A stretch of DNA of 64,000 bases from Camelus ferus (lineage: Eukaryota), in contig NC_045697.1 of the NCBI RefSeq assembly GCF_009834535.1, positions 68,078,001-68,142,000 on the forward strand, given 5' to 3'. Positions 1 through 12,944 of the stretch are shown here, piece after piece (within the stretch, counting starts at the first letter, position 1; each line of letters begins with the position of its first letter). Made by a program: the position numbers and the translations under genes. Below the pieces are notes generated by a model. That model saw only the letters and a program-made list of their open reading frames with translations, was not told the DNA's origin and searched no databases.

Positions 1-475
1 CAGGTTGTTTTTTAAGTTGCTTACCCAGCTACAATCTTTCTTTTGCCTCATTTGTAGTTTGTGTAATCTCACCTCTGCAGTTCACTTTTTAAAATTGAAA
101 GAACACATTGCAGGGAGGGAATACAAAAATACTGAAGTGTATTTGAAATTAATAACCATTTCATGTCAGAGAGACTATGGAGATTTTATTATGTGCTAGA
201 ATCTCTTATTTAACAAGAGCTACTGTGAATGTTATTTATCATTCTCAATGCTTATAAAATTATGAGGCAAATATGGCACGTTTCAAGAAAACAGTCATAT
301 ATTTTACATCAAGTGTAAAAAGCACAGGTGTGTGCCCGCAAATAAACACACACTCCTCAATTGAAATACTCACCCACCCCAACTTTAAAGGACTAAATTG
401 ACAAATTAAACTCATTTTCTTCCTGTACTCCTTACACATACTGTTTCTGATTTTCTCACTAGTACATAAAAATAG

Positions 476-1061
476 TGTGTTAAATACCTATTGCTGCATA
501 ACAAATTATCCCTAAACTCAGCAACTTAAAACAACACGTACTTACTATCTCACAGTTCCTGTGCATCAGCTTGGCCCTCTAAGGATCTCCAAGGGAACCA
601 TCTGAATGGTACTCCCATTTAGAGTCTCTTACAATGAGGCAATAAACATATTGGCTACAGTTACCTTAAGATTCATCTGAGGAAGCATCCACTCTGAAAC
701 TCACTTACCTGTTGTTGGCAGGATCCAGTTTGTCATAAATTAGTGGACTGAGGACATCAGTTCCTTACTGATTGTCGGCTGAAGGTCTCGATCAATTCTT
801 TGCCATTAGAGTCTCTCCATAAGGTAGTTTATGTATGGCAGGTGGTTTCCATCTGAGTAAGTAAGTGAGAAGGTGAACAAGACAGAAATCACAGTCCTTT
901 TGTAATCTAATCTCAAAAGCTGACATCTGGATTTCTTCTGCCCTATTCTATTCATTGGTAGTGGGTCACTAGATTCAGCTTACACTGGAGTGGAAGTGGT
1001 CACATGGTGTAAATACTAGGAAGTGAGGTTTTAGGACATCTTAGAGGCTGCCTCCTACTCA
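476..1061 (-). mobile_element. MaLR solo LTR, MLT1F/G-like
   Basis: Begins with tattgctgcataacaaattatccctaaactcagcaacttaaaacaac, the reverse complement of the MLT1 3' end. Internal gttgttggcaggatccagtt...ggactgaggacatcagttcc matches MLT1F as recalled. Confidence 0.8.
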
Positions 1062-1450
1062 GTGCACAGAATGTAGTTAGCACGTAAGAAGCATTCCCCA
1101 AATAACTAAGTGAATTTTTCTTATTATAAAAAAGTCTCAGAAAAAAAAAGGAGTTCAAATAATACCAAAATGAAATATGTTTTCATACTGAGGAGTAACT
1201 CCCTACTTCTAAAACCAACCACACTGGTTCCAAGTAGCATAATCTTTGCTTTAATCACTTAATCTAGTGAAGAATTCAATATAATGTATATAAATATCAC
1301 TATTCAAAACCTGGTTTAGCCTGCTGACTTGTCAAGAAGACAGTAAGCTATTGACCAAGAAATCCACTTTCCATAGGTAACCATAAATATTTTGGTTTAA
1401 TATTACCATCACATTTTTATGTGAAGATATTGTTGGCAGTCACTTTAATG

Positions 1451-2060
1451 CAGTGCTTCCTGAGCTAGTGTCTTGCTGGTATCAACAAACCTTGAAATAA
1501 ATAGAGATGTATATCCTCAGCATCAAAAGTTGGGTATGTGCATATACATATATATATATATTTGAACATTTTTATGCTAACTTTCAAGTATAGACATCCT
1601 ATAAGCAGAAGTTTGTAACTGAAAGATTATATTTATAGGAAATAATGCTTTTATTATTGTTTTCTACTTTAACAGAACTTCCCTCAGCAATTTTTAAAAT
1701 GTTGCTATCAGTTTCATCATGTGCTTTTCTCTGTAAGACTTAAGAATATATGTAAAATCACTTATCCTTGAAGAAGAGAAACTATTAGAGTCAATTTTTG
1801 CACGTTTAACTAGAATATCTAGAAAACTAAGAGTCTAGACATTGAAATTACTTTTTGAACCCATTAGAAATTTAATGTGTCTATATTTGCTGTAAAGTAC
1901 TTAGTAACAACACGGCTAACTTTAAAGGAAAGAAATGTAAATATCAACTGAAGAAGGAGATTAGACACAACATTGTAAAATTATTATAAATCAATAAAAA
2001 ATGTTAAAAAAAGATTAATTTTAAATGTTCTTCTTTGTCAGTAACCAATATAATCCGTCA
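1451..2060 (+). mobile_element. Probable decayed hAT-Charlie DNA transposon fragment
   Basis: Starts with a Charlie-type terminus (cagtgcttcc). 1860-2010 resembles the decayed 3' end of a hAT transposase (caactgaagaaggagattaga...). Heavily diverged. Confidence 0.4.
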
Positions 2061-2423
2061 CATTTTTACACATTTTCATTGAAATGGAAGAATGGCCAAA
2101 TTGTGTCATTAATATCTCTAAGAACTCTAATGTTTATGTTTCTAATTCTAATATGCATAATTTAATGCTATTTTCCTGTTAATTGCATTTAAAATATTAG
2201 TGTGTATCCCCCTGTCTTCTGGTTTCTGATTTATATCCATAAAATTTTGTTGATGAAACCAAATATAAATTTGGTATGAGAACTAAGACTGATTAAACAA
2301 CAGTAGTTAATGCTAACATCATAAAGAAATCTGATTTTAAAATGCCAAAATTTGTGTTTCATAGCTCTTTATATTTAGAATTTGTTTTATTTAGACTCAG
2401 CAACTATCCAACATTGTGCCTAT

Positions 2424-2889
2424 AATGAGTAGGAGAGCGTTCCCCCAAAGAGAAATATACAAGCCCTAACTCCTGCTAACTGGGAATGTGACATTATTTG
2501 AAAATATGGTACGTGCAGATGTAGTTAAATTAAGGATTGAGATAGATTCTTCTTGAATTTAGGGTGGGCCTTAGATCCAATGATTGGTGTCCTTATAAGA
2601 GAAAGGAGAGGGATTTTTGAGATACATAGAGACACAGGGGGAGACATGTGTGACAGAAGCAGAGATTGTACTTGGTGATATCCATATCACAAGGAATGCC
2701 AAAGATTGCCTGCAGCCACCAGAAGCCAGGAGGGAGGCATGGATTGGATTATTCCTCAGATCCTTCAGAAGGTACCTATGTTTTAATTTTAGTTATCTAG
2801 CCTCCAGAACTGTGAGAGATTAAATTTCTATCATTTTAGTCAACCAAGTTTGTGACATTTTATTATGGCACCCCTAGCAAAGCAGCACA
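2424..2889 (+). mobile_element. MaLR solo LTR, MLT1C-like
   Basis: gaatgtgacattatttgaaaat...tagggtgggcc...ggtgtccttataagag...gccaccagaagccagg...cctccagaactgtgagag...ttattatggcacccctagcaaa. Confidence 0.85.
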
Positions 2890-3084
2890 GTGCCATTTAA
2901 TATACACACTAAAACACAGAGATTCTTATTTTACCAAGATGAAAAATAAGTACCTGAATTGATATGTGTATCACTGGCTTAGAAACAAGAGTGAAATATT
3001 CTTTCAGTATATGCTGCATTTCCATCTCTTCAATACACCACAGATTACTATAGTGTTTGGTTAAAGCAGTTATCAATAACTTTG

Positions 3085-4213
3085 AGTTGATTTTTTTGGA
3101 CACATCCCCTAAGGCAAAGAAAAAAAAAGAAAAAGAAATGGTGCTCTTCAAACTAAAAAGCTTTGGCACAGCAAAGGAAACTACCAACAAAAGAAACGGT
3201 CACGTACTGAATGGGAGAATATTATCTGCAAACAATGTATCTGATAAGGGGTTAATATCCAAATACAAAACTCATACAACACAACAACAACAAAAACTCA
3301 ACTGAAAAATGGGCAAAGGATCTGAATAGACATTTTTCCAAGGAAGTCATACAGATGACCTATAGGCACATGGAAAGATGATCATCATCACTAACCATCA
3401 GAAAAATGCAAATCATGAGGGCAGCCACTATCGAAAACAATATAGAGTTCTCTCAAAAATTTCAAAGTGGAATTACCATATGATCCAGAAGTCCCATTTC
3501 TAGGTATATACACAAAGTTATTAAGCTATAAATCTCAAAGATATATCTGCACTTCTTGTTTATTGCATTATTACTGACAGTAGCTAAAATATGGAAATAA
3601 CCTAAATGTCTTTATCTACAGAAGATGGGTAAAGAAAATGTATTATATACATTTGATGGAATATTATTTAGCTTTTAAAAATAAAATTTGCAACAACAAC
3701 AAAAACAAAGAAAAGAAAAGAAAAAAGAAAAATGCAAATCAAAACCACAATGAGATATCACCTCATACCTGTCAGAATGGCTATTATCAAAAAGACAACA
3801 AATAACAAGTGTTGGCAAGGATGTGGAGAAAAGGGAACCTTTGTGCATTGTTGGTGGGAATGTAAATTGGTGCATCCACTATGGAAAACAGTACAGAGAC
3901 TCCTCAAAAAATTAAAAACAGAATTACCATGTGATCCAGCAATTCCATTCCTGGGTATTTATCTAAATATAATTAGCACTGCTATATGTTACATATGAAA
4001 GTTGTTAAGAGAGTAAATCCTAAGAGTTCTCATCACAAGAAAAAATTGTTTTCTATTTCTTTAATTTTGTACCCATATAAGATAATACATGTTCACTAAA
4101 ATTGTTGTGATAATCACTTCATGATGTACGTAAATCAAATCATTATGCTGTATATCTTAAACTTATACAGTGTTGCATGTCAATTATATCCCAATAGAAC
4201 TGGGAGAAAAAAA
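3085..4213 (+). mobile_element. 5'-truncated L1 (end of ORF2 plus 3' UTR, Laurasiatherian L1MA9-like), interrupted at 3416-3725 and internally deleted near 3967
   Basis: ORF track shows L1 ORF2 C-terminal peptides ([32 protein letters not shown]...[14 protein letters not shown]). Ends with cattatgctgtatatcttaaacttatacagtg...caattatatcccaatagaactgggagaaaaaaa. Confidence 0.9.
3416..3725 (+). mobile_element. Nested retroposed fragment of an older L1 3' region with a poly(A)-derived tail and 16-bp TSD
   Basis: Identical flanks AGAAAAATGCAAATCA at 3400-3415 and 3726-3741. AATAAA at 3680-3685, A-rich tail from about 3692. Confidence 0.85.
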
Positions 4214-4868
4214 GGAAAATAAATAGGATTTGGGGCACTCCAAGTTAAAATAATTTTCTTTAAAATAAAAAAAAAAAGTCAAAATCTGAAAGTGAATAAA
4301 TATCATGACCATCTTAACCAATATTTTACAAATGCTTTCTTTTTTAATAGAGTGATAAAAATCTAGTTAAACTACATCTAAAACTGTTTTATTAATAAGT
4401 AAAAATTTCAGCAAATTGATAACTAATTATCAGGTTTTTCCTTTGAGAGGAAATATAATCTTTTAATTGATTCTTAGATTTGATGACATATTTGTTACTG
4501 TCATATAGGCTGTTAGTTGAAGAGGATTGAAAAGAAGTTTTTGCAAAATATTTTTCCAAGGATTCTTCTCTCTCGTGCAGAGAGACCTGGAAATGTCACA
4601 TTGTCACTTCCCAGAGTTGCCAAATATGTCTTTTTCCCAGAGAAGAGCAAGTTTATTCTGAAACAGATGCTAATGCTATTCTTAGGAAATTCTATCCTAC
4701 AAAGAGGTAAAATATATTTTTTATTTAAAATGAATATTTTCTTCTAATTTCATGGTTATGTTTCTGGTGTTTCGTTTGTTTGCTTTTTCATTTAAAATTT
4801 TAAAACCAATAAGATAAAAGTTGATTTTCCAGCATAGGTTATTCTGAACTGATGCTTTTCAGAGTAGT

Positions 4869-5599
4869 TGTGGTGGACAAAATTTAGGATGATCTGTTTT
4901 TATACTCTGTATAATCCCCTAATCTTGAATGTGGACTGGATCTGGGATTTGCTTGATACCAATAAAACATGGCAAAGGTGCAGAGATACCACTCCATGAT
5001 TACAATTACATTCATATGTGTCTATATATTTATATATGTATCTATATTTATTATAGATACATATATACAAATATATTTTATATAGATACATACATGTATA
5101 CTTATATCTGTATCTACAGCTATATATATATATATCTATTCCTGTATAAAAACACATCCATACATATATGTATATGCATATATATATGTATGCAAGCATG
5201 CACTTCTCTGTAAAAGTATACAAGCACGTATTTGTATGCAAGCCTGTCAGAAGGACTTCTTTCTCTTCCTGGTTTTGAAGAAATAAGCTGCCACCTTGTG
5301 AGAATGCTTACACAGAGGGCCCTGTGTCCAGAAAATGCAAGCAATCTATAAGAGCTGAAAGTGGTTCCAGGCAATGTCCATCAAGAGAGTTCTGTAACTG
5401 TAAGGATTCTAATGCTGTCAGCAACCTGAGAGAGTCTGGACGTGAATCTTTCTCCAGTCCAGCCTGTGATGAAAATGCTGTTCTGATCAACACTGGATCG
5501 TAGACTAGACTTGACACATGGAAACTGAGATAGTAAGTGTGTTGTTTTAAGCTGCTAAATTTGTGGTAATTCATCAGGCTGCAGTAGGAAACTTATACA
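4869..5599 (+). mobile_element. MaLR solo LTR, MLT1E-like, with an internal TA-rich expansion
   Basis: ctctgtataatcccc...ttgaatgtggactggatctg...ggttttgaagaaataagctgcca...gtgttgttttaagctgctaaatttgtggtaat...aacttataca. Confidence 0.8.
5013..5240. repeat. Degenerate (TA)n/(TATG)n low-complexity tract
   Basis: Alternating TA/CA/TG sequence seen directly; accounts for the Y/I-rich ORFs. Confidence 0.9.
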
Positions 5600-6659
5600 G
5601 CAGTCAACTAGTTAAAGAATATTAATAATCAATCAATTATTTTCTTCTTGATCTACTTTGTTGGCTTTTAGTATGAATTAAACTATTTTATATACACTAA
5701 TATCTTTTTTCTACTCTATTTGTTTCCATTTTAATCTGTCAACCTGTTCTGGTGGTATTTTATTCAGAAATCAGCTCCCTTCCTGTCCTAGAATTGGAAA
5801 ATATTTACATGGTGATAAGGATTTTTGTTTGTTTATTTTGATTTGGTTTCTAATATATTCATATTCATTCCTGTTGACTGTTATTTGATGATTCACATCA
5901 GCAAGTCATTAGCATGCACATGCGTTATTATCAATGAGAAAACTTATTTTGCCATTGTGTTACAAGTTAATTTTTTTAATAAAAAAGTTTTTAAGTTGAA
6001 AACTGCCTGTAGTCAAAGGAGTGATTGCCATGACAAGAAAACCTGAAAAAATTAGGTTAAAGGTTTTGGCAGCATCAAACATGAGACGTGTCTGCTCAAG
6101 GGCTCTTCCCACAGACTGATGAGATCTCTGTCCAATATTCCTACTTTAAAACCTCATTATTATACAAATTATAATGATACTTGAATTTTTATTTCATTTT
6201 TGTTTTTAATTCATCAATTCTAATATCCTGGTTAACGGAATCTGGCAGATGTTTCTCTTTTGTTCTGTTGATTTGGCAGGTTTAACATACTCTCTCTAGA
6301 GTTCGGGTTTTTCTTTACTTTCTGGCATTCATTCGTCCCAGTCCTTAGGGCTTTGCAATGTCTTGAGAGGTACTCCTGCCCATGCCCTCCTCCTTCCCCT
6401 TGGATCTGTCAGCCAAACCCAATCAGCAGTGAAACACTTTCCCCAGCACCAACTGATAAATCATGTGATGTGGTATAATGTGTGTTTTGTATATTTTAAA
6501 TGGCACCCATAGTATTTACCTCAGTCTACAAAATGTCAAAACCATTTTTATTGGCTATAAATTTCTCTTTTTACATTTTGATCCTTGAATCCATTAAAAC
6601 ATTTCAAATTCAAACTTTAAGAAAATGAGGGGAATGAAGAAAAGTAGTCAAGAGTATAA

Positions 6660-6905
6660 TTCCTGAAATCAGACGGCTATGACTTTCTGGCTTCAAGTGC
6701 TTTCTCTCCTATTTACTGTTTACAGAGCTTTGGACATGAAAGTCAAGCTCTTGGAGCTCAGTTCCCACATCTCTAACATGAGCATCACAAGAGTGCTTCC
6801 TCATATGGTAGATAAAGTAAATGAATGAGGTGATACGTATTTTAGCACTTATCAAAACACCTGGTACATAATTTGTGCCCAATAAACAAATTTGTGTTCA
6901 CCTAT
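6660..6905 (+). mobile_element. MIR SINE
   Basis: Core ctcagttcccacatctctaacatg and tail gcacttatcaaaacacctggtacata...aataaa. Confidence 0.7.
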
Positions 6906-6945
6906 TATTAAGACAACTACTAACATAAGAATACATTTTCAATAT

Positions 6946-7173
6946 CAGTGGTTCTTAACCAGGGGTAATTTGTCCCCCAGGGGACATTTGGCCAGGTCTG
7001 GAAAGATATTCGGATGTCACAACAAGGTTGGTGGGTGAGCGGATTCTACTGGCATCTAGTGGGTAGAGGACACACATGAAGTTAAATACCTTGCAATGCC
7101 TGAGACAGTCTTCCTCAAGGAAAAGTCATCCAGTTCCCAAGATGTCAGTAGTGCAGAGGGTAAGAAAACTCTG
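6946..7173 (+). mobile_element. MER20 (hAT-Charlie non-autonomous element), full length
   Basis: cagtggttcttaacc...cccccaggggacatttgg...ctactggcatctagtgggtagagg...gtcagtagtgcagagggtaagaaaactctg; both termini present. Confidence 0.92.
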
Positions 7174-8195
7174 TCATAATTTTGTTTGTTCCTAGACCTT
7201 TGTTTTCCGGCACTGATGATATTTTCATTTAAAAGATCACACTATCAAAAGCATTTTAATTTTTCTTTATGTGCTTAAAGTCATGCTTATGTTTCTGCAA
7301 GTTAATTGACTTCGAGCAAAATTAATGACTCTATTGTATAAAATATTAGGTAAAAAACAAAAAGCCATGCCTGAATAAATAACTTCTGATGCTATGATGG
7401 CTAACTCTTTTCTTATAAAATGCATTATTCACTATTAACCAAATCATGATGCTTTTGGCCTTTACTAAGACATATTTATAAAAGAAAAATCATATTAAAT
7501 ATCTGTCATTTTTAGTAAGTCATTAAGAGATCTATGCAAGTATACTTAGTGTAATTAAAACACAGCAAAATGTTATGTTTAAGTAAAATAAGTTGCATAA
7601 TTTTCAGAGTGAATTTTTTCAACAATGGCATGTTAAACAGTTGCAGGGCTTAGCACTTATTTTTAATCAGTACAATTAATCATCATTAGTGAACACTTTA
7701 TAATGATCAATCACATTCCATTTTATGACCAGAGTTGATCACCAAAGATTATATTAGTAATCATCTAGGAACATAAGAAAACAGGCTGTTAGCTCCTATT
7801 TTAAGTCACTAATATTTTCCATTACTAACAATTATTTGAATATTTTGGATATTTTTCAGTTTGAATTAATGTTGACTGACAGAAGCAATTATAGTTAAAC
7901 ATAATATTCACAAGTTGAACAAATGTCCTGTGCTAATTGGTATATTGACTTGAAATTTTTAGCCTTTTTCATCTACTTAATTTTAAAGGATATATATATC
8001 ACATATACACATATATAAACACACACATTATATACAGACACACCTTAAAAATATAAATACATATATATGTACAAACATACATATTTTTTTCAACAGGTTT
8101 ACTCAAATGTCACTTTCCTGATAGTTTTCCATACATAGTTTCCCTTAGTCTTCTTCCTTGTTCTATTTTACTCCAAGACATGAATAATTATCTAA

Positions 8196-8346
8196 TGTCT
8201 TCCCTCAGTATCTACGGAGGATTGGTTCCAGGAACCCTTGCAGACACCAAATCAGCTGATGCTCAGGTCCTGTATACAGAACGGGATAGTACAGTTAGCT
8301 CTCCCAAACTGCACAAGCAGAACCAACAGGTGTGGAGAGCAGGGTG
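8196..8346 (+). mobile_element. MER2/MER2B-like TcMar-Tigger MITE
   Basis: tccctcagtatctacggaggattggttccaggaaccc...caccaaatcagctgatgctcaggtcc matches the MER2 left arm. Confidence 0.75.
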
Positions 8347-8404
8347 CATTTTACTCCTTTATATTTAATGTGATCTCTCTTTCTCTCTCTCTCTCTCTAC
8401 CCAC

Positions 8405-8618
8405 TAGCACATATGAAAACATGGCTTTGGGGTCTGATGTGCTAGGCTGTACCTACAGCTCTGCCTGTTACTGACTGTGGGAGTTGGGGCAAATCAATAA
8501 CCTTTGTGTCTCAATGTCTCTGAAAATAAGGCTACCTATCTCATAGAGTGTTCTGAGGTTTTAATGAGTTAATATTTTTAAAATACTTAGAACTCAGTAA
8601 ACACTATGTGTGTTAGCT
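8405..8618 (+). mobile_element. MIR SINE
   Basis: atggctttggggtctga...ctctgcctgttactgactgtg...ggggcaaatcaataacc...cctatctcatagagtgttctgagg...aaatacttagaac. Confidence 0.75.
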
Positions 8619-8624
8619 TTAATG

Positions 8625-8710
8625 CTTAATCTTCATGACGGCAAAGCTTTGTTTTCACTACTGTATCCCCAGAACCTATAACATACCTGGTACATGGCGG
8701 ACAGTCAAAG
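8625..8710 (+). mobile_element. L2 3' end fragment
   Basis: ttcactactgtatccccagaacctataacatacctggtacatgg. Confidence 0.6.
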
Positions 8711-9399
8711 CTTCACTTAAAAATTTAGTTTATCCTTAGCCATCAGAGGTTCTCTGATTTTCTTTTGCCACAAGCTGGTCTTCTGGAAACTATCATGTCC
8801 TCTAACTCTTCTCTCCAAAATGAGGCAAACGGGGAGTGGAGGAAAGGCAGCAATGTTTACAAATAAATTGGAAGGAAATATTTTTAAGATTGTACTTAAT
8901 TTTTCCCTATTTTACATTTTTACTGACCATCTTGTCATTTTCATCAAAATATGGCTGAAAGGACAGTATCAAATACAGTAAACAAAAAATACTGCAAATA
9001 TAAAAAGGAGAAAATCTTCTGTGGAGGCAAATTACAACATGTTGATTAAAAATAGCTTTCTACTTAGACAATGTGTAATGTGAAAACTGAGCTTAGGTTA
9101 CACATGTAACTAATAGAAATGAAAGCTTTCTGCTTTGTAGCTGACAAGCCATCTGCTTGGGGATTTGTGCTTGATTTATTGTTGAATCTTGTAGAGGACA
9201 TAAAAAATAAAATTAAACTTATGACAAACATCAATTGATTTTCTTCTCATTTATACTTGAGAATGAGGTTTTTCATCATTTAAATGAATTAAATTGCTCA
9301 AATTGTGACTAAAACAAATGTAAGCATAAACACTTTTTGATTACTTTTTTATTTTCTTTGATTTCATACATCAAATCTAGAGATAGTGACAAGCTAAGA

Positions 9400-9570
9400 T
9401 GTAGGCCTAATGCCTAATTAAATCCTCACAAAAATAGTTGAGGTAATTTTTTATAATAACATTTTATAGTTTAAGAAATTAAAAGTCAAAAAATTAAGTA
9501 ACCTGTCTTTTGAGACAGTCAACATCCAAATCCAGGTGTATGACACTGTAAAGTCCATGTTTTCCCATTA
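9400..9570 (-). mobile_element. MIR fragment
   Basis: aatcctcaca...cattttatagtttaagaaattaaaagtcaaaaaattaagtaacctgtc...aaatccagg. Confidence 0.5.
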
Positions 9571-9689
9571 TCTCAAGCCTTGCTTTCACTGTTAGAACTA
9601 AGATTACATAGGTTTACCACTACTATAGGTCTTTAGTTTAATTCTAACATTGATTTTTGGATCAGTTTTACATAACAAATTTCTACTTC

Positions 9690-10814
9690 TATCCGTGAAG
9701 GAGAAACAAGAGCAGAACTCTACACCATAAACAACTAGAAACTACAAAAAATATATGAAACTTCCTCGACACTGAACAAAACGTAGTGCAGGCTTGTGAC
9801 CCTTGAAAGATGGGACATAAGTAATGTGGGACATATATTTCCTCATTTCCTTTCCTAGAGACAATTCACAGACCAGTAAGGCAAGAGAGGGAATCCAAAT
9901 GGCCTTGGCATTTTGACATGCTGAATTGAGAAGAAAGAAATCAGATTTTTGAGGACTCTGTGCCAGCTAGAAGTGTAAGTCAGAGTTCTGGAGAGGAGGG
10001 AGCTATGTTCACAAAGTTCTCTGGAAATCTGTCTAGAGATTCTCGAGTCTTTGCTGAGTACCAGGCTGTGTACACTTGGAGTAAAACTCTAAGAGTCAGG
10101 GCAAAGAAGACCAGGGATGTGTAAGCATAACAATTCCAAAGGCTCACACAGGGCAGGCAGACACCCATGCTGCAACCCACAACAAGTAGAGACCCTTCAG
10201 TAATCAGTGGAGATCCAAGAAAGACTGTGTCTCAGTAAGTGGTGAGGTTTCTCTGGAGTGAATATATTCTTCCATGCCTATGATTACTCATGCACTAGCA
10301 AAGCTTAAAAACAAACAAGGATAAAATTTATCCCAAAACTCAATTTTAGGGCAAAAAACTGTTAAAACACTATTTAATAAAATTGCTCAACATCCTATTA
10401 AAATTACTGCAAAAGTCAGACAGTCAGAAGCTGTGATGCATAATTAGCATAAAACTGACTTAAAACAGACCCAGAAATTATAGATGATAGAAATAAAACA
10501 AAAATGCTAAAAGAACTATTATAATTATATGTGAGTATTTAAAATAAAATAGAAACCTAACAGATAAAAATGGAACATTTTTAAATACCAAAAGAAAATT
10601 TCTACATATAAAAACTAGATTATCTAATATTAAATTTTTATTGGATGGGCCTAAGGGTAGATTAGATATTGCAGGGGATAAAAAGAATCAATGAACTTGC
10701 AAACACAGCAATGCATTCTATCCAAAGCGAAGAAAAAAGAACCCCCCCACCCCAAAAAAAAGAATTGAGCTTCTGAACTTATGGAATAATTCAAAGAAGT
10801 GTAAACATGATATA
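9690..10814 (+). mobile_element. Old L1M 5' UTR / ORF1 fragment
   Basis: acagacccagaaatta...ttggatgggcctaagggtagattagatattgcag...aatcaatgaacttgcaaaca...gaacttatggaataattcaaag resembles the ORF1 coiled-coil region. Truncated by Tigger2. Confidence 0.7.
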
Positions 10815-12375
10815 CAGTTGTCCCTTGAACCACATGGGCTTGAACTGTGTGGGTCCACATATATGTGGATTTTTTCCAATAAATATGTTGGAAAAAAATT
10901 TGAGATTTGTGACAATTTGAAAAAAAAACTTGAAGATGAACTACATAGTCTAGAAATATCAAAAAATTAAGAAAAAGGTATGTCATGAATGCATAAAATA
11001 TGTAAAGACTAATGTATTTTATCATTTACTACCATAAAACACATACAAATCTATTGTATACAGTTAACATTTATCAAAATTCATGCACACAAACACAGAT
11101 CTTACATGGTGCCATTAGCAGTGGAGAGAAATGTAAACAAATGTATTAAATCATAAATGCATAAAGTTAACTGCGGGGTATATTGTACTATTGTAATAAT
11201 TTTGTAGCTACCTCCTGTTGCTATTTGTGGTGAGTTCAAGTGTTGTGATTATCAGCTTAAAACATCGTGTAACACTGATCATCTCCATATGAGCAGTTTC
11301 TCTCTCCAGTAAATTGTATATCACAATAAAAAGTGATCTTTCTCAGTTCTCACGTATTTTCATCATGTTTAGTGCAATATGGTAATACTGAGTAACACAT
11401 GGAGCCCGTATGAAGTGCCACTAGTGATGCTGGACTTACTCCCAAGAAGCAAAGTCATGACATTAAGAAAAATGTATGTACTGTAGATTGAGGTTTGTAG
11501 CTGCCATTGCCCACCGTTTCAAGATAAATGAATCCAGCATAAGGACCAATGTAAAAAAAAAAAAAAAAAGGACATTCGTGAAGCTGTAGCTGCAGCTATG
11601 CCAGCAGGCACAAAAACCTTGTACTTTGGTGGAAATACCTTTTTAACTCATATTGAAAATACAGCCTTTATGGGGGTGTAGGATTGCTATAAGAAAAGCA
11701 TATCTATAAATTCTAATGTGATCTGAGAAAAAAACAAAGTTATTACATGACAACTTAAAGCAAAAGGAAGGTGAAGGATATAAAGCTGGAGAAGTTAATG
11801 CCAATAAAGGAGCATTTGATAATTTTAAAAAGAAGCCTGGCTTAAAAAATGTGGAGATAACAGGAGAAGCAGCTTCTGCTGACCAACAGGCAATAGATGG
11901 GTTCTCAGATGCCTTTTAGAAAATCATCGAGGAGAAAGTATATTTGCCCGAATAGGTTTTAAATGCAGATGGAAGTGCCCTATTTTGGAAACAAAAATAC
12001 TACAAAATACATTTATTAGTATAGAAGAGAAATAAGCACCAGGATTTAAGGCATAAAGGGATATTCAAATGCAGTCATATCAGGATCGCCATTATGTATA
12101 AAGCTGCTATCCCCCATGCCCTGAGGGAAAGATACACACCAGCTGCCAGTCCTTTGGTTGTGCTACAACAAGAAAGCTTGGACAAAAACAGCACTTTTTC
12201 TGGATTGGTGTTAGCCATGCTTTGTCCCTGAAGTCAGAAACACCTTGCCAGTAAGGAAACTGCCTTTTAAAGTTCTTTTCATATTGGTCAATGCCCCTAG
12301 CCACTGAGAATCCCATGAGTTTAATACCAAAGGTGTCAAGTGTGCTTGCCCCCCAAACACAATCTTTCTAATTAT
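10815..12375 (+). mobile_element. Tigger2 DNA transposon, 5' part (about 1.56 kb)
   Basis: TA target followed by the left terminus CAGTTGTCCCTTGAACCACATGGGCTTGAACTGTGTGGGTCCAC; continues colinearly into the transposase. No right TIR. Confidence 0.92.
11399..12373 (+). pseudogene. Decayed pogo/Tigger DDE transposase, with frameshifts and stops
   Basis: Motif relics: aatgcagatggaagtgccctattttggaaa (NADxSALFWK, about 11962-11990), atattggtcaatgcccctagccac (ILDNAPGH-like, about 12281-12304), ttgcccccaaacac (LPPNT). Confidence 0.8.
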
Positions 12376-12944
12376 ATAATGTAAATTAACCACGTAACAC
12401 ATACAGTATACATTTGTAATTTCTCATCATTTGAAAAAATCTTTTATAATTCCTCTTGTGAAACCCAAGATAAAACAATAACTTTCCCATCTTATTACAG
12501 TGGGTAAGACATTAGGAAGGAATCAGAAGACATCTGTCATTTTTAATTTCTCTAGTGAATGAGTGTCTGTCTCAGGCAATATTTCCTTCTCCAAGAGAAA
12601 AATACATTTGAAACCTAAGAATAGACTGTATTATCTATAATTGCTCTGGTGCTTGAACTAAACACTTAAGCCATTTGCTTATTACTAGTTTTGTTATGCT
12701 CTCCTCTTCTGTCCCCACCTTAAGTGCACAAACATGTCCATGAATACCCATGTATATAATGGCTTTCTTTCCTCATTTCCATACCTCATTTATAAACCAA
12801 TACTGTTATTATATCTAAAAATATTTAAAGGAAGTTCCAGAGATTGTGATTAAATACACAGTTTGACAAGTCTATTTCACTCAAATTTGAGCTCTTTATA
12901 ACATGCTTTCATATAATGTATTATAATAAAGTCTAAATATCACT

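Noticed and set aside
4900..5241. 94-113-aa Tyr/Ile-rich ORFs
   Set aside because: Artefacts of the TA-rich microsatellite tract.
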